DNA of 61,618 nt, filler included, from 6 parts of 6 records of this genome joined end to end with filler, not necessarily neighbours in it, one strand, 5' to 3'; positions 30,260 through 40,867 are shown, counted from the first letter of the whole stretch. Notes: generated by a model not told the origin, from the letters alone. Numbers and translations are program-made.

Positions 30260-31153
30260 TTACGGTTTAAGCACCTTGAGAGCGCCCGGATGGATCTGCA
30301 GCTCGACGGTTTCCTTCAGGGAAATCAGCTCACCATCGATCGTGGCGTGCGCTCCGCGCTTCAGGCGGGGAAAGTGCAAAACGACAGACCGTGCCGGATG
30401 CATGTCGAAATCCTCATTCCGGCGCCATTCTCCAACCGCCAGATCGGCAATCAGTTTCAGATTGGCTCCGGGGGAGAGGACCGGCGCGCGGCCGACGCCA
30501 AGCACGCCGCCCTCCACCGTGTCCGGATAGGGCATGTGACTTTCGCCATAAAGATTGTTGGCCACCACGACGAGGCTGTAGCGACCTTCTTCTTCATCAC
30601 CTTCAGTGACGATACGCGCGTGAAAGGAAGGGGGACGCCGGAACATCGCCATAATGGCGCGCAGGCTCGCCAGCATCTTGCCCGCGCGCGAATAATAGTC
30701 CACCGCGTTCCGGTCCCGGACAACGCGCGGCTGCATGCCGACGGAAAACTGATGCACAAAAACCTCGCCATTTGCGGTGGCGAGGTCACTACGGCTGATC
30801 GGGGCCTTGGCCAACGCCGTGGCCGCCATATCGAGATCAAGGGGAACGCCCAGCGTCCGGGCAAAGAGGTTCATCGTACCGGCGGGCAGGACCCCGAGGG
30901 TCTTGTCTGCTTGCCAGGCGATGCGGGCAGCGGCCGAAATGGTGCCGTCTCCGCCGCCAGCGACGATGAGTTCCACCGCGCTGTCCGCGGCGGCGTCTTC
31001 CAGAGCTTCAATGAGGTTCTTGCCGGCAACCTGGCGGCATTCGAGAGACCGGCCGGCCTCTTCGAATGCCGCTGACAGCGTTTCCGCATAAGCGTCGAGA
31101 TCAGTGGTTTTAAGTGTGCCGCCATCGCGGTTCAGAACAGCAACAGCACGCAT
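30260..31153 (-). CDS. Diacylglycerol/lipid kinase family (YegS-like)
   Basis: AGGGDGTIS, LPAGTMNLFA, IDGE. Confidence 0.92.
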   Translation of the reverse strand: MRAVAVLNRDGGTLKTTDLDAYAETLSAAFEEAGRSLECRQVAGKNLIEALEDAAADSAVELIVAGGGDGTISAAARIAWQADKTLGVLPAGTMNLFARTLGVPLDLDMAATALAKAPISRSDLATANGEVFVHQFSVGMQPRVVRDRNAVDYYSRAGKMLASLRAIMAMFRRPPSFHARIVTEGDEEEGRYSLVVVANNLYGESHMPYPDTVEGGVLGVGRAPVLSPGANLKLIADLAVGEWRRNEDFDMHPARSVVLHFPRLKRGAHATIDGELISLKETVELQIHPGALKVLKP

Positions 31154-31191
31154 GGACGGTCACCCCGAGCCGTTTGGAAGTCTGCCCGGTA

Positions 31192-31785
31192 TCAGGCGAC
31201 AAAAGCCGTACCCGACACCTGGCCCACTTCAGGATCCGGACCGTAATCCTCGGCGCCGGATACCGAAAGTATTTCCTGCAGGCGCTGGCGCGCCCGGTTT
31301 ACCCGGCTCTTGATCGTCCCGGTCTTGCAGCCGCAGATCGCCGCCGCTTCTTCATACGCAAAACCGGAAGCACCGACCAGAATCAACGCCTCGCGCTGAT
31401 CGTCCGGCAGCGTCTCCAGCGCCCTGCGAAAATCGCGCATGTCGAGGGATCCGTACTGAGCCGGGTGCACGGAGAGGCGTTCGGCGAAGAAGCCGTCGCT
31501 ATCCTGGACCTCCCGGCCCTTCTTGCGCATCTGGCTGTAAAATTCGTTCCGCAGGATGGTGAAGAGCCAGGCCTTCATGTTGGTGCCGGGCGTAAAGCTT
31601 TCCTGCTTCGCCCAGGCTTTCATGATGGCGTCCTGCACCAGATCGTCCGCCCGGTCGGGACTGCCGATCAGGGAAACGGCGAACGCACGCAGGTTCGGCA
31701 AATTCGAGACCATCTCGCGCTTGAAAGGAATTCCTTCTGCGGGGCCGCCTTCAACAGTACCGCCCCCTCCCGGTGCGACACTCAT
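31192..31785 (-). CDS. ecfG: General stress response ECF sigma factor
   Basis: ADDLVQD, PGTNMKAWLFTILRN, REALILVGASG..YEEAA, GTIKSRVNRAR; coupled to nepR. Confidence 0.93.
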   Translation of the reverse strand: MSVAPGGGGTVEGGPAEGIPFKREMVSNLPNLRAFAVSLIGSPDRADDLVQDAIMKAWAKQESFTPGTNMKAWLFTILRNEFYSQMRKKGREVQDSDGFFAERLSVHPAQYGSLDMRDFRRALETLPDDQREALILVGASGFAYEEAAAICGCKTGTIKSRVNRARQRLQEILSVSGAEDYGPDPEVGQVSGTAFVA

Positions 31786-31985
31786 TCGGACGCTGCCTGG
31801 CCGGAGGCCTTTTCCGCCGCGTCGAGCTTTTCGAGCAGATCAAGAAAGCGATCGGGGATCTCCTCCTCGCGCACCGACTCATAAAGCTGGTGCAGCTTGC
31901 TTGATATCCGCGCGTTCACGTCGTCCGCCTTTTGGGCGGGCGGGCGCCCCGACCCGGCGGTTTTCTGTGGTGGATTCAATGACAT
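31782..31985 (-). CDS. nepR: Anti-sigma factor NepR
   Basis: ISSKLHQLYESVREEEIPDRFLDLLEKL signature; lies between ecfG and phyR. Confidence 0.92.
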   Translation of the reverse strand: MSLNPPQKTAGSGRPPAQKADDVNARISSKLHQLYESVREEEIPDRFLDLLEKLDAAEKASGQAASE

Positions 31986-32019
31986 GTGGCACACTCTCGG
32001 GTTAGAGTTTTCATTCAGT

Positions 32020-32044
32020 AACGGCTGGCGGTAAAAAAAGTTCC
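32020..32044 (-). promoter_or_regulatory. EcfG promoter of nepR-ecfG
   Basis: AACG-N16-GTTCC on the plus strand. Confidence 0.85.
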
Positions 32045-32052
32045 ATCACCGG

Positions 32053-32077
32053 GGAACTTTTTTTTTCGACACGCGTT
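32053..32077 (+). promoter_or_regulatory. EcfG promoter of phyR
   Basis: GGAAC-N16-CGTT. Confidence 0.85.
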
Positions 32078-32124
32078 TAGCCTTCATCTTACGCCTGCTT
32101 TAGGCAACCTTGGAGTTTCAAGCT

Positions 32125-32577
32125 ATGTCTCTGTCAAATCGTGTCGCATCCCACCTTCCGCCCCTGCGCCGCTATGGCCGGGCAGTGACCGGCTCCCAAA
32201 CATCCGGTGACGCCTATGTTGCCGCAACACTCGAAGCACTGATAGCTGATGTATCCTGTTTTCCAGAGACATCCAGTGATCGTGTCTCCCTGTTTAAACT
32301 CTTCGCAACCTTATTCGGTTCCACGACTATTCCCGTAGAGTCCAACAATTCCCCCTATGCGTGGGAGGAACGTGCGGCGGCCAACCTCTCAGCGGTCCCG
32401 CCTACCGCGCGGCAGGCATTCCTTCTGCTCGTGGTCGAGGGATTCACGGAATCCGAGATCGCGGAAATTTTGTCGGTTGATAAATCTGAAGTTGGCGGGC
32501 TGCTGGAACAGGCCTCCATCGAGATTTCCCGTCAGGTCGCGACAGACATCATGATCATCGAGGACGAGCCGCTGATC
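32125..32577 (+). CDS. phyR: Anti-anti-sigma response regulator PhyR (3' truncated)
   Basis: LRRYGRAVTGSQTSGDAYVAATLE sigma-like domain, then IIEDEPLI receiver start. Confidence 0.95.
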
Positions 32578-32677
32578 NNNNNNNNNNNNNNNNNNNNNNN
32601 NNNNNNNNNNNNNNNNNNNNNTTAATTAATTAANNNNNNNNNNNNNNNNNNNNNNNNNNNNNNNNNNNNNNNNNNNN
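32578..32677. other. Artificial contig linker
   Basis: Same N/TTAATTAATTAA/N block. Confidence 0.99.
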
Positions 32678-33613
32678 CGGGGCCATGTTGGCGATGGTGG
32701 CGCGGTCGGCCAGGGTCAGGTCGGCCAGACCGTCGCCAAAAAATTCCACGAATTTACCCACCACACCCCGGCGGCGCAGCATCTCGGTAACGGTCAGCAC
32801 CAGGTCGGTGGCGGTGATGCCTTCACGCAGTTTGCCGGTGATCTTGAAGCCAATCACTTCGGGAATCAGCATGGCGATGGGTTGGCCAAGCATGGCGGCT
32901 TCCGCTTCGATGCCGCCCACGCCCCAGCCCAGTACCCCCAGGCCGTTGATCATGGTGGTGTGGGAATCCGTGCCCACCAGGGTGTCCGGGTAGGCGTAGG
33001 TGTTGCCGTCGTCAGCATCTGACGACCACACGCCCTTGGCCAGGTATTCCAGGTTTACCTGGTGGCAGATACCGGTGCCTGGTGGCACCACGCGGAAGTT
33101 GTCGAAGGCTTTTTGCCCCCAACGCAGGAATTGATAGCGCTCCCGGTTGCGTTGGTATTCGATTTCCACATTTTCTGCGAAAGCCTGGGGATTGCCAAAC
33201 TTGTCCACCATCACCGAGTGGTCAATGACAAGGTCCACGGGGGTTAGTGGGTTAATGCGGCCCGGATCGCCGCCGGCTTTCTTGATGGCATCGCGCATGG
33301 CAGCCAGGTCTACGACGCCGGGTACCCCGGTAAAATCCTGCATCAGTACCCGGGCCGGGCGGTAGTTGATTTCCTTGTCGGAGCGTTTCTGTTCCAGCCA
33401 GCGCATCACGGCTTCGATGTCGGCACTGGTAACGCTGTCACCGTCTTCAAAGCGGAGCAGGTTTTCGAGAAGGACTTTGAGGGAAAAGGGGAGCTTGCTG
33501 AGATCACCCCAGCCTTTGTCGGCGACCGTATTGATATCGAAATAATGATAGATCTTGCCGTTGGCTTGCAGCGTTTTTTTGCTGTTAAGGGTGTCCTGGC
33601 CAATCCGTGTCAC
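32678..33613 (-). CDS. acnA: Aconitate hydratase A (3' truncated)
   Basis: [38 protein letters not shown] start after AGGAGG. Confidence 0.96.
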
Positions 33614-33894
33614 TACACACCTCCTGGGCTCTGATTGGAGTCCCGCGCTGGCGGATAGAACGGCCGCCAGCGGGAACACTGGCGCAGGATCAGTACAGTA
33701 TTGCCACAAACCGAGGCACTGATGACCCTGCGTTATGACGTTAAGTCATTTCATACTACGCCCTTATGGCGAGGACATGAAACGGGCAGGCATGCTCTTT
33801 GGCTATATATGTGATCGTGAATGTAAATGCTTGTTGAATAAAGAGGTTTTGAGCGTTGCAGGGCTGCTGGTCGGGCCGGGTAATGGGCGGGTTC

Positions 33895-34392
33895 TCAGCA
33901 GCTTGAGGTGTCTTGCCAGAGCAGCCAGAGGCGGGTATCGAGCTCAAGCTGGTGGTAGTCCGGGGCCATGTGCGAGCAGAGTTGATAAAAGGCCTTGTTG
34001 TGGTCAGCTTCTTTGAAGTGGGCGAGCTCGTGGACCACGATCATGCGCAGAAAGGCTTCAGGCGCCGCCTTGAACTGGCTGGCGATGCGCAGGCTGTTAT
34101 GGCTGCGTAGTTTGCTGCCATGAATGCGGGTTTGCCGGGTATGCATGCCCAATGCCTGGCTGAGTGTCTTCAGTTTGGCGTCGTAGTGAGCCTTGCCCAG
34201 TGGCGGCGCCTTGCGCAGGTATTGTTGTTTCAGGGTGTTGGCGTACTGGAACAGGGCCTTGTCACCTTGAATCTCATGCTTGTCGGGATAGCGCTGTAGC
34301 AGATAGTCGCCCAGTCGCCCCTGATCCAGCAGGGCTTGGGCCTGCTGCTGGATTTGTGTGGGGTAGCCAGTCAGGTATTGCAGAGGGTGCAT
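33895..34392 (-). CDS. YgjP-like Zn-dependent hydrolase (DUF45)
   Basis: FLRMIVVHELAHFKEADHNKAFYQLC..M.PDYHQLE. Confidence 0.88.
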   Translation of the reverse strand: MHPLQYLTGYPTQIQQQAQALLDQGRLGDYLLQRYPDKHEIQGDKALFQYANTLKQQYLRKAPPLGKAHYDAKLKTLSQALGMHTRQTRIHGSKLRSHNSLRIASQFKAAPEAFLRMIVVHELAHFKEADHNKAFYQLCSHMAPDYHQLELDTRLWLLWQDTSSC

Positions 34393-34492
34393 GGGGCCGA
34401 TTATCGCTTGGTGTATACGTTGGGCGTTAGTGCCAATGTGATCGTGGGGCTGCGTGCGTATGATCGCCGCTCTCTTTGCAATGGACAATCCC

Positions 34493-35116
34493 ATGTCGTC
34501 ACCCCAGGACTTTGATTATCCCCGTCGCGGTAATGCTTTCTCCCGGTCGCTTGCCAGTGGCTTTTTGCGCCTGGCTGGCTGGCGGGTGACCAACCCCATG
34601 CCGGCGGTACCCAAGGCGGTGATTATTGGTGGGCCACACACGTCTAACTGGGATGGTATCTATACCCTGGCGGCGATGATGCAGCTGGGGCTGGATGCTC
34701 ACGTGATGATCAAGGACAGCGCCTTCAAAGGGCTGTTTGGCTCTATGCTCCGCTGGATGGGCGCTCTGCCCATTGCGCGTGATAAAGCTGGCGGCGTGGT
34801 CGAGCAGACCGTGGAGCAGTTCAACTCCCGCGACAAGCTGGTGATGGTGGTGGCGCCAGAAGGCACCCGCGGCGGGGCAACGCAGTGGAAAACCGGTTTT
34901 TATCGTATCGCCCAGCAGGCGGGCGTGCCGATTGTGGTGGCGACTGCGGATTACGGTAAAAAGGAGATTACCTTTGCCCGGGTGATCGAGCCGTGCGGCG
35001 ATGTAGAGAAGGATCTGGCAGAAATTTTTGAATGCTATGCCGCCATTCATCCGCGTCATCCGGACAAATTATCCGCGCCGTTAAAAGCCATTCGCGAAAG
35101 AGACGGAAATATTTGA
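34493..35116 (+). CDS. Lysophospholipid acyltransferase (PlsC-like)
   Basis: PHTSNWD, PEGTR, WKTGFY. Confidence 0.92.
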   Translation: MSSPQDFDYPRRGNAFSRSLASGFLRLAGWRVTNPMPAVPKAVIIGGPHTSNWDGIYTLAAMMQLGLDAHVMIKDSAFKGLFGSMLRWMGALPIARDKAGGVVEQTVEQFNSRDKLVMVVAPEGTRGGATQWKTGFYRIAQQAGVPIVVATADYGKKEITFARVIEPCGDVEKDLAEIFECYAAIHPRHPDKLSAPLKAIRERDGNI

Positions 35117-35182
35117 GGCAGGGTGCCCGTTGCGCGTTGCATGCTGCGTGAAGCACATGGCGGCCGCAGAGCGGCATAAGAA

Positions 35183-35238
35183 CCCTCCCTTTGCAGGGAG
35201 GGGGTGTTGCACTCCTCTCCGATGGTGCTGGAGAGGAG
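35183..35238. terminator. Two hairpins between convergent genes
   Basis: CCCTCCCT-TTGC-AGGGAGGG and CTCCTCTCC-N9-GGAGAGGAG. Confidence 0.55.
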
Positions 35239-35251
35239 GGAGGGGGGTCGA

Positions 35252-38200
35252 TCAGTTACAGGCGCCAGCGTTCGTATAGCTGCTATCCACCACATTATTG
35301 ATCCACTGATCCATCAGCGCGGTGGCTTCGCCATGAGCAACGCTGCGGGCAATCGGTGGCATCATTTTCTGCGGATCATCTTCTGCAGCGACGCGACAGG
35401 AGACGATGGAGCTGCCCGCACTACCGGGTACCAGCACATGCTGGCGCCCACAGGAGCCGCCACCGGTGGCCGTGGGCTTCTTGCACACCCCGTAGCTGGC
35501 GTTCACATCACGGAAGTGATCCAGGTAATAACCGGTGTTGGATGCCGCGCCCTTGTCGTTGTGACAGTGCTGGCAGTTCACTTCCAGGTAAGCACGCACA
35601 CGGCTTTCGATATCCGCCGCTGAGTTGGCGGTTTCTCCGCTGTCACCGGGCACATTCCAGCGTGGCAGATGCTCAATGTTGGTGGCCACCCCATTGCTGA
35701 TGGTCAACTCCGGCACGCCGGTCAGGATACCCAAATCCTTCCATTGCTTGATTTGGTTTACTGCCGGGAAGCCGGCCTGGCCGCTGGTGCCCATAAAGGC
35801 AGATTCCGCTTTGTAGGCACGGTTCAGGTTACGCGGCTTGGGCCCAATGGGGGCACTGCCTGCCGGCTGGTCATCATTGGCGTGACAGGTCACGCACTGG
35901 TTGCCGTTAGGAATGGTGTAACCATCGGTGCTGCCGGTGAGCAGGGTGTTGGAATCGGCATCACGGTAATGCCAGGCCACCGACGCGGTGCCACCGTTCA
36001 TGGCCAGGCGCGCAACCCTCTTGCCGTCTTCTTCTTCCCAGATGTAGGGCAGGCCTACCCAGACGGCGCTGTCCTGGCTGTTCCTGCGTTTGATCAGCAA
36101 GCGGGTTTCTACCGGTACTTCGGTGCCTTGGCTTTCATCGGTGAATGCAAAGGTTTTGGCAATCACGGTGCCTTCCGGGAACACGATGCTGCCGTTGACG
36201 TTATTGCCGCCCTGGCCGTCGCTGTACACCGCTTGCTCGCCGGGTGGCACAAACACGACCCGATACTTGGTTGAGTAATCAGAGAACAGCTTGGTGTTCA
36301 GCACAAAGGGCTGGCCGCTTTCGTTTGGTGTGCTGCGAGGATCTTCAGCATCGGCAAACAGGTTGTACTGATCCAGCGTCGGGCAGTTGTAGTTCAGTGC
36401 TTCGCGGTTGATTTCGCCGTCTGCAACTTCAGCGCTACAGTAGAAATCGACAACTTCATCCGAAGGTGCTGGGTCGAACTCACCGCTTGGCTCGAAGGGC
36501 GGGATTTCTACCCGTGGCAGTGATGCCAGGGTGGTACCGAAACGGGCCTGGCAATCATGCTCGGACATGTCGGTGTCGGAGGCGATATTCAGTAACCCCT
36601 CAATGGCACCTCTGATGCCGGCGGGATCCAGAATAGAGAAATCCTGTTCAGCAATGGCCAGTACCAGTTCCAGCCCATCGGTGCCGTGGAAGTTCAGGTA
36701 GGGCGCGCTGTCGCTGTCCAGTTCGTTATCATGAATACAGGTGCCCCACTCCGGCAGGATGCGGTCGCCATTTTCGTTGAACTTGTAGGCGTTGTAGTGG
36801 CAGCTGGGATTCGGGTGCTCGTTGGTATGAATGGGTTTGCCGCTGTCCCACATGGGTACCGGATCACCATTGTTGTCTACCGGATAGGGGCAGTCTTCAT
36901 CCAGGTCGTCGCGCAGACCATCCCAGACGATGTGAGCACCTTTACCCAGATTCAGGAGGTTCGGCAGGCTGGCCAGCACTTCGAGAAGGTTGGGGGAAAG
37001 CTCAGGCAGGTTTTTCAGGCCGATCAGGGTCGGCAGCACACTTTCTACTTCGCCATTGGCAAGCTTTTCCAGATCCGGGGGCGGCAGATCATAACCGGAG
37101 TTCTTCATCACGTTGTTATGGATGTGAAGCCCTTCGGTATAGGGGTCGATTTTTTTGTCGGCAGTGTTGTTTTTGCCATCAATCAACTCATAGCTAACGT
37201 GGATTACTGCCGCGGTGCTGTGGTCTTCGAAGGTGTTGTTGAGTACTTCGATGTTGTCGTAGCCCAGGGTAATAAAGCCCGTGCCACGGGGAACAACAGA
37301 GACCAGGCCGCTATGGGCAAAGTTGTAGGTGTTGTTGTTGCGAGCGGTGTTGTTGATCATCACCGAGGTATCACCGTAACGGGTGATGTTTTCAAGGTCG
37401 TAGATCAGGAAGGCGCCGGTATTACACTCGGCGATGTTGTTGTCGTACTCGCCGCCTTGCACGTTTTCGATTTCAAAACCCATTACGTTATAAGCGGCAC
37501 GGCTGTTACGAATGATGGCGGTGTTGGTCTGGCCAACATAGATGCCTGCATCGCTGGCGCCGATGGATTCACTGTCTTCTACCAGAATGTTCTCTGACTC
37601 TACCGGGTAGATGCCGTAGCGGCCGCTGGCGGAACTGGGGGTGTAATCCGGGCTGGAGTCTCCCTCGTTGTAAGGGGGCGCGGTACAGGACACATGGATC
37701 TTTTCCGCGTAGTTATCTGCGGTGATCGGTTCGCCACCGCCGGACCACATGGCACGTACGCCACGCAGGGTGCCCCACTTTACGCTCTTCAATTTGAAGG
37801 CGTCGCCGGGGGAATCGAGGATGGTCAGATCTTCCACGGTAATGCCGCGAATGTTCAGCGCTTCCAGACCGGTCACGTTGACACTGTCTTTGAACGACAG
37901 AATGGTTTCATCTTTGCCGCAACCTTTAATCAGTACATCTTCGGTGGCCTGGATCAAGATACCCTGGTCCAGTTCGAAGTAACCGCATTCGAATTGCAGG
38001 GTGTCTTTTGGACGCAGCTGGACCATGGCATTGACCATGTCTTCGGTGGCGTCTTCACCGGGGCTGATGAGGAACGTTCGGCCAACGGTATCGGGGGGCG
38101 TAGTGTCGCCTCCGTCACCGCCATCCCCTCCATCATTGCCGCCATCACCACCGTCATCCCCTCCATCACCACCGTCGCCGCCATTGTCGGGATTGTTGGG

Positions 38201-38308
38201 TGTGGCGGGATTAGTGGTCGGTGATGAGCCGCCGCCGTCACCGCCGCAGGCGGTGAGTACCAGAGTGACCGCCAGTGCGATGGCCGGCCAGAATCGGTTC
38301 ATGTTCAT
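35252..38308 (-). CDS. Lipoprotein: parallel beta-helix domain fused to SO2930-like di-haem cytochrome c domain
   Basis: Lipobox LTAC; G/D-rich linker; YGIYPV..GASDAGIYVGQ..GFEIEN beta-helix; LFSDYSTKYR, FPEGTVIAKTF, VETRLL, two CxxCH (CVTCH, CQHCH), MPPIARS. Confidence 0.85.
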   Translation of the reverse strand: MNMNRFWPAIALAVTLVLTACGGDGGGSSPTTNPATPNNPDNGGDGGDGGDDGGDGGNDGGDGGDGGDTTPPDTVGRTFLISPGEDATEDMVNAMVQLRPKDTLQFECGYFELDQGILIQATEDVLIKGCGKDETILSFKDSVNVTGLEALNIRGITVEDLTILDSPGDAFKLKSVKWGTLRGVRAMWSGGGEPITADNYAEKIHVSCTAPPYNEGDSSPDYTPSSASGRYGIYPVESENILVEDSESIGASDAGIYVGQTNTAIIRNSRAAYNVMGFEIENVQGGEYDNNIAECNTGAFLIYDLENITRYGDTSVMINNTARNNNTYNFAHSGLVSVVPRGTGFITLGYDNIEVLNNTFEDHSTAAVIHVSYELIDGKNNTADKKIDPYTEGLHIHNNVMKNSGYDLPPPDLEKLANGEVESVLPTLIGLKNLPELSPNLLEVLASLPNLLNLGKGAHIVWDGLRDDLDEDCPYPVDNNGDPVPMWDSGKPIHTNEHPNPSCHYNAYKFNENGDRILPEWGTCIHDNELDSDSAPYLNFHGTDGLELVLAIAEQDFSILDPAGIRGAIEGLLNIASDTDMSEHDCQARFGTTLASLPRVEIPPFEPSGEFDPAPSDEVVDFYCSAEVADGEINREALNYNCPTLDQYNLFADAEDPRSTPNESGQPFVLNTKLFSDYSTKYRVVFVPPGEQAVYSDGQGGNNVNGSIVFPEGTVIAKTFAFTDESQGTEVPVETRLLIKRRNSQDSAVWVGLPYIWEEEDGKRVARLAMNGGTASVAWHYRDADSNTLLTGSTDGYTIPNGNQCVTCHANDDQPAGSAPIGPKPRNLNRAYKAESAFMGTSGQAGFPAVNQIKQWKDLGILTGVPELTISNGVATNIEHLPRWNVPGDSGETANSAADIESRVRAYLEVNCQHCHNDKGAASNTGYYLDHFRDVNASYGVCKKPTATGGGSCGRQHVLVPGSAGSSIVSCRVAAEDDPQKMMPPIARSVAHGEATALMDQWINNVVDSSYTNAGACN

Positions 38309-38380
38309 GATCGGTTCCCCGTTGTCGTTTATTGTTGCTGCTGCCTGAAAGGTTGCATGTTTTATGTGGAGGTATGGCCG

Positions 38381-40867
38381 CTATTGCGCGGCTTGCTCCA
38401 GTCGTTCCCACATCCGTATGTACGCTTCTGCCGAGGTGAACAGTTGGTTCACCGCGTCATCAATGTCTTCCTGCGGACGATCACTGTTGAGCATCATGTC
38501 GGCGATCTGGTCCGCATAGAGTCCGTAGTGCGCCACGCCACGGCCTTCATAGAGACTGAAGGCGTGGTCACCGGTAATTTGTTTGTTGAATTGCACCTGG
38601 CCATCCACCGAGGTGAAGGGGTAAAGCTCGGCTTCCTGATCAGGTGTGCCGGGGTTGCCGGCAAGATTGGCAATGCCGTTCACGTCGGACGCAAACGGGG
38701 CGCCACCGAAGGGGCCAACCTTGAAGGCCGGGTCGCGGGGGCGATTGCCGTCGCGGGTCAGCTGGTCTACCCAGTTGCCGCGCACGCTGCCGAACGACGC
38801 CGTAACGCCGCCCTGGCTGGCGATCTGATCGCGCAGGGCTTCGGTGCCGGTCCAGTTGCCATGGCTGTTGATAATCGGGTAGTCGCGTGCACCGGTAACA
38901 TCGAGAATCTGGGTGGCGGCTTTGCGGCTGATATGGTCAATCTCGATCATCATGCCGCGGCGGGTCAGTTCTTCGATAAGGAAGAAACCCAGGTCGGTGA
39001 GGCCGCGGGTGTTGCACAGGTGGTCGGTGCCACGGCGTGGATCGTAGGCTGCGAACTCTTCCGGCGTCGCCGGGAAACGGTCGCCGACGTAGTCGATCTG
39101 GAACAGCAGCTGGTCAAAAATGCCCAGCGGTTGAAGCGGGTTTTCCAGAGCAATCGCGTCACCCTCATGGTCATGATCCGGGCAGTCCTCGAATTCCACC
39201 AGATGACCGGTTTCCAGCAGGTTGCCGCCATACAGGACGGCACCGATACCCACGCCTTCGGACAGATCGGGCAGGTGGCCGCCGAAGGCATTATCAAATT
39301 TGTGCACCGGGAACAGGCTGCGCACATTCATGGCGTAGAGCCGGTCCAGCCGTTCCACGATTTCTTCGCGGGTACATTCCGGGGCATTGAGAAACTCGCC
39401 ACAGTTGAGAGCCTTGGATGCCTCCACGCCGAGGATGACCGCCATTTTCCCGTCGCCGATGACCTGCCGGGCCTGGGCCGGATCGGTGACGATGCGGAAC
39501 CAGCCCTTGCCGGGGCCGCCGTTCTGGGCGTCGATGTAATCCTGCATGCGATGCATCTGTGTGGCCTGCATTTCAATGGCGGCCATGGTGTCGCAGTCAT
39601 TCTGTTTCTGTGGATTGAGCTGGCAGAGAATTTCGTTATGCACCAGGTGGTTGACGAGAATTTTCATGCCCGCCAGGTGCGCCCGTTCAATCCATTTGTA
39701 GTAACTCTGATGGTGTTGCAATGAGTTGCTGCGGGGCCAGAACGTGTAGTCCGGCCAGCCCCGGGTTTCGTGGGGACCAGGGTTGCTGGTGACTTGTTCG
39801 ATTAGCCCGGTGAGCCCCTGGGGGCCATGGTTGACGGCACAGTCGTGCAGGGCATGGTCGACCCCGAATTTGTGGAAGGGGTCGCCGTAGTTCACCCGCC
39901 CGCCGATAAATTCATAGGCGGAAATATGGCTGTGGGCATCCACGAAGCCGAAGATGTCATCGTCGTCCAGGCCGTCCACATTCTGGAAGCGGGGAACCTC
40001 GGTCAGGTAATTGGCTGGGCCGTTATCAGCGACGACGGCGTTGAGTTCGGCTTCCGGATACGCCTTGCATCCGTCGCTGGGTGCCAGGGTGAAACGGTTG
40101 TTGTTCGCTTCCAGTTGCGGGGAAGTGAGAGTCAGGCCGTCGTCGTCGGCGGTGAGCAGCAGGCCAGTCACGTTGGAGGCCAGGGTAAAGGTGTCGCCGT
40201 CGCTGCGGTTCAGGTTCCAGACCGCCAGATCGTTGGCGTCATCGACCATGGCCAGGCTGGGCTGGATGTTGGTGTCACCCAGCCCGGTACCGATACCCCC
40301 CAGACTTTCGCCCAGTTCACGCAGCAGGCCACCGAGGGGGGCAACCGGGTCCAGCACCAGATTGAGGGTATCGCCCAGCCCGGATACCAGATAGCTCAGC
40401 TCTCCGACAAAGTTGCCGCTCTGGTCAAGAAACTCTCCGGCTGGATCGCTGATGCCGAGCAATTGTTTGTTGCCGGCGCTGCCGGGATCACGTTGATAAT
40501 CCGACAGCAGCAAGTAGCGTCCCAGATCAGTGGGCTTCATATAGAAGGGGGTAGCGTTGCTGGCATCGTTGCTCAGCCCATAGCTGCCGTCATTGCTGAC
40601 CAGAAACTGTTGCTGGCTTTGCAGGGTGTAGCAGCCATTGGCGAATTGGTAGCGGTTCAGGGGGTCGGGTTCCGGCTCAGGCTCCGGGGTCGGGTCCGGT
40701 GTTTCCGGCTCACGGGGTGTTTCCGGGGTAGCCGGGGAATTACTGGCAACGGTGGAGGCGTTGCTGTTGCCTCCACCACCGCAGGCGGCGAGCAGGTTGG
40801 CACTGAGAAGTAATGCCAGCGTAAGCCGGTGAGAGATAAAAGCGGGAGCCTGGCTGAGTGGATACAT
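38381..40867 (-). CDS. Lipoprotein, membrane-dipeptidase (M19)-like amidohydrolase with N-terminal beta-trefoil-like domain
   Basis: Lipobox LAAC; PE linker; DAHSH, AVILGVE, HKFDN, GLTDLG, IDH, INSH, ASD metal-site motifs. Confidence 0.75.
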   Translation of the reverse strand: MYPLSQAPAFISHRLTLALLLSANLLAACGGGGNSNASTVASNSPATPETPREPETPDPTPEPEPEPDPLNRYQFANGCYTLQSQQQFLVSNDGSYGLSNDASNATPFYMKPTDLGRYLLLSDYQRDPGSAGNKQLLGISDPAGEFLDQSGNFVGELSYLVSGLGDTLNLVLDPVAPLGGLLRELGESLGGIGTGLGDTNIQPSLAMVDDANDLAVWNLNRSDGDTFTLASNVTGLLLTADDDGLTLTSPQLEANNNRFTLAPSDGCKAYPEAELNAVVADNGPANYLTEVPRFQNVDGLDDDDIFGFVDAHSHISAYEFIGGRVNYGDPFHKFGVDHALHDCAVNHGPQGLTGLIEQVTSNPGPHETRGWPDYTFWPRSNSLQHHQSYYKWIERAHLAGMKILVNHLVHNEILCQLNPQKQNDCDTMAAIEMQATQMHRMQDYIDAQNGGPGKGWFRIVTDPAQARQVIGDGKMAVILGVEASKALNCGEFLNAPECTREEIVERLDRLYAMNVRSLFPVHKFDNAFGGHLPDLSEGVGIGAVLYGGNLLETGHLVEFEDCPDHDHEGDAIALENPLQPLGIFDQLLFQIDYVGDRFPATPEEFAAYDPRRGTDHLCNTRGLTDLGFFLIEELTRRGMMIEIDHISRKAATQILDVTGARDYPIINSHGNWTGTEALRDQIASQGGVTASFGSVRGNWVDQLTRDGNRPRDPAFKVGPFGGAPFASDVNGIANLAGNPGTPDQEAELYPFTSVDGQVQFNKQITGDHAFSLYEGRGVAHYGLYADQIADMMLNSDRPQEDIDDAVNQLFTSAEAYIRMWERLEQAAQ

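Noticed and set aside
38090-38245. GC-rich tandem repeats
   Set aside because: Encode the Gly/Asp linker of the lipoprotein; likewise the EP repeats at about 8760-8830 and 40660-40735.
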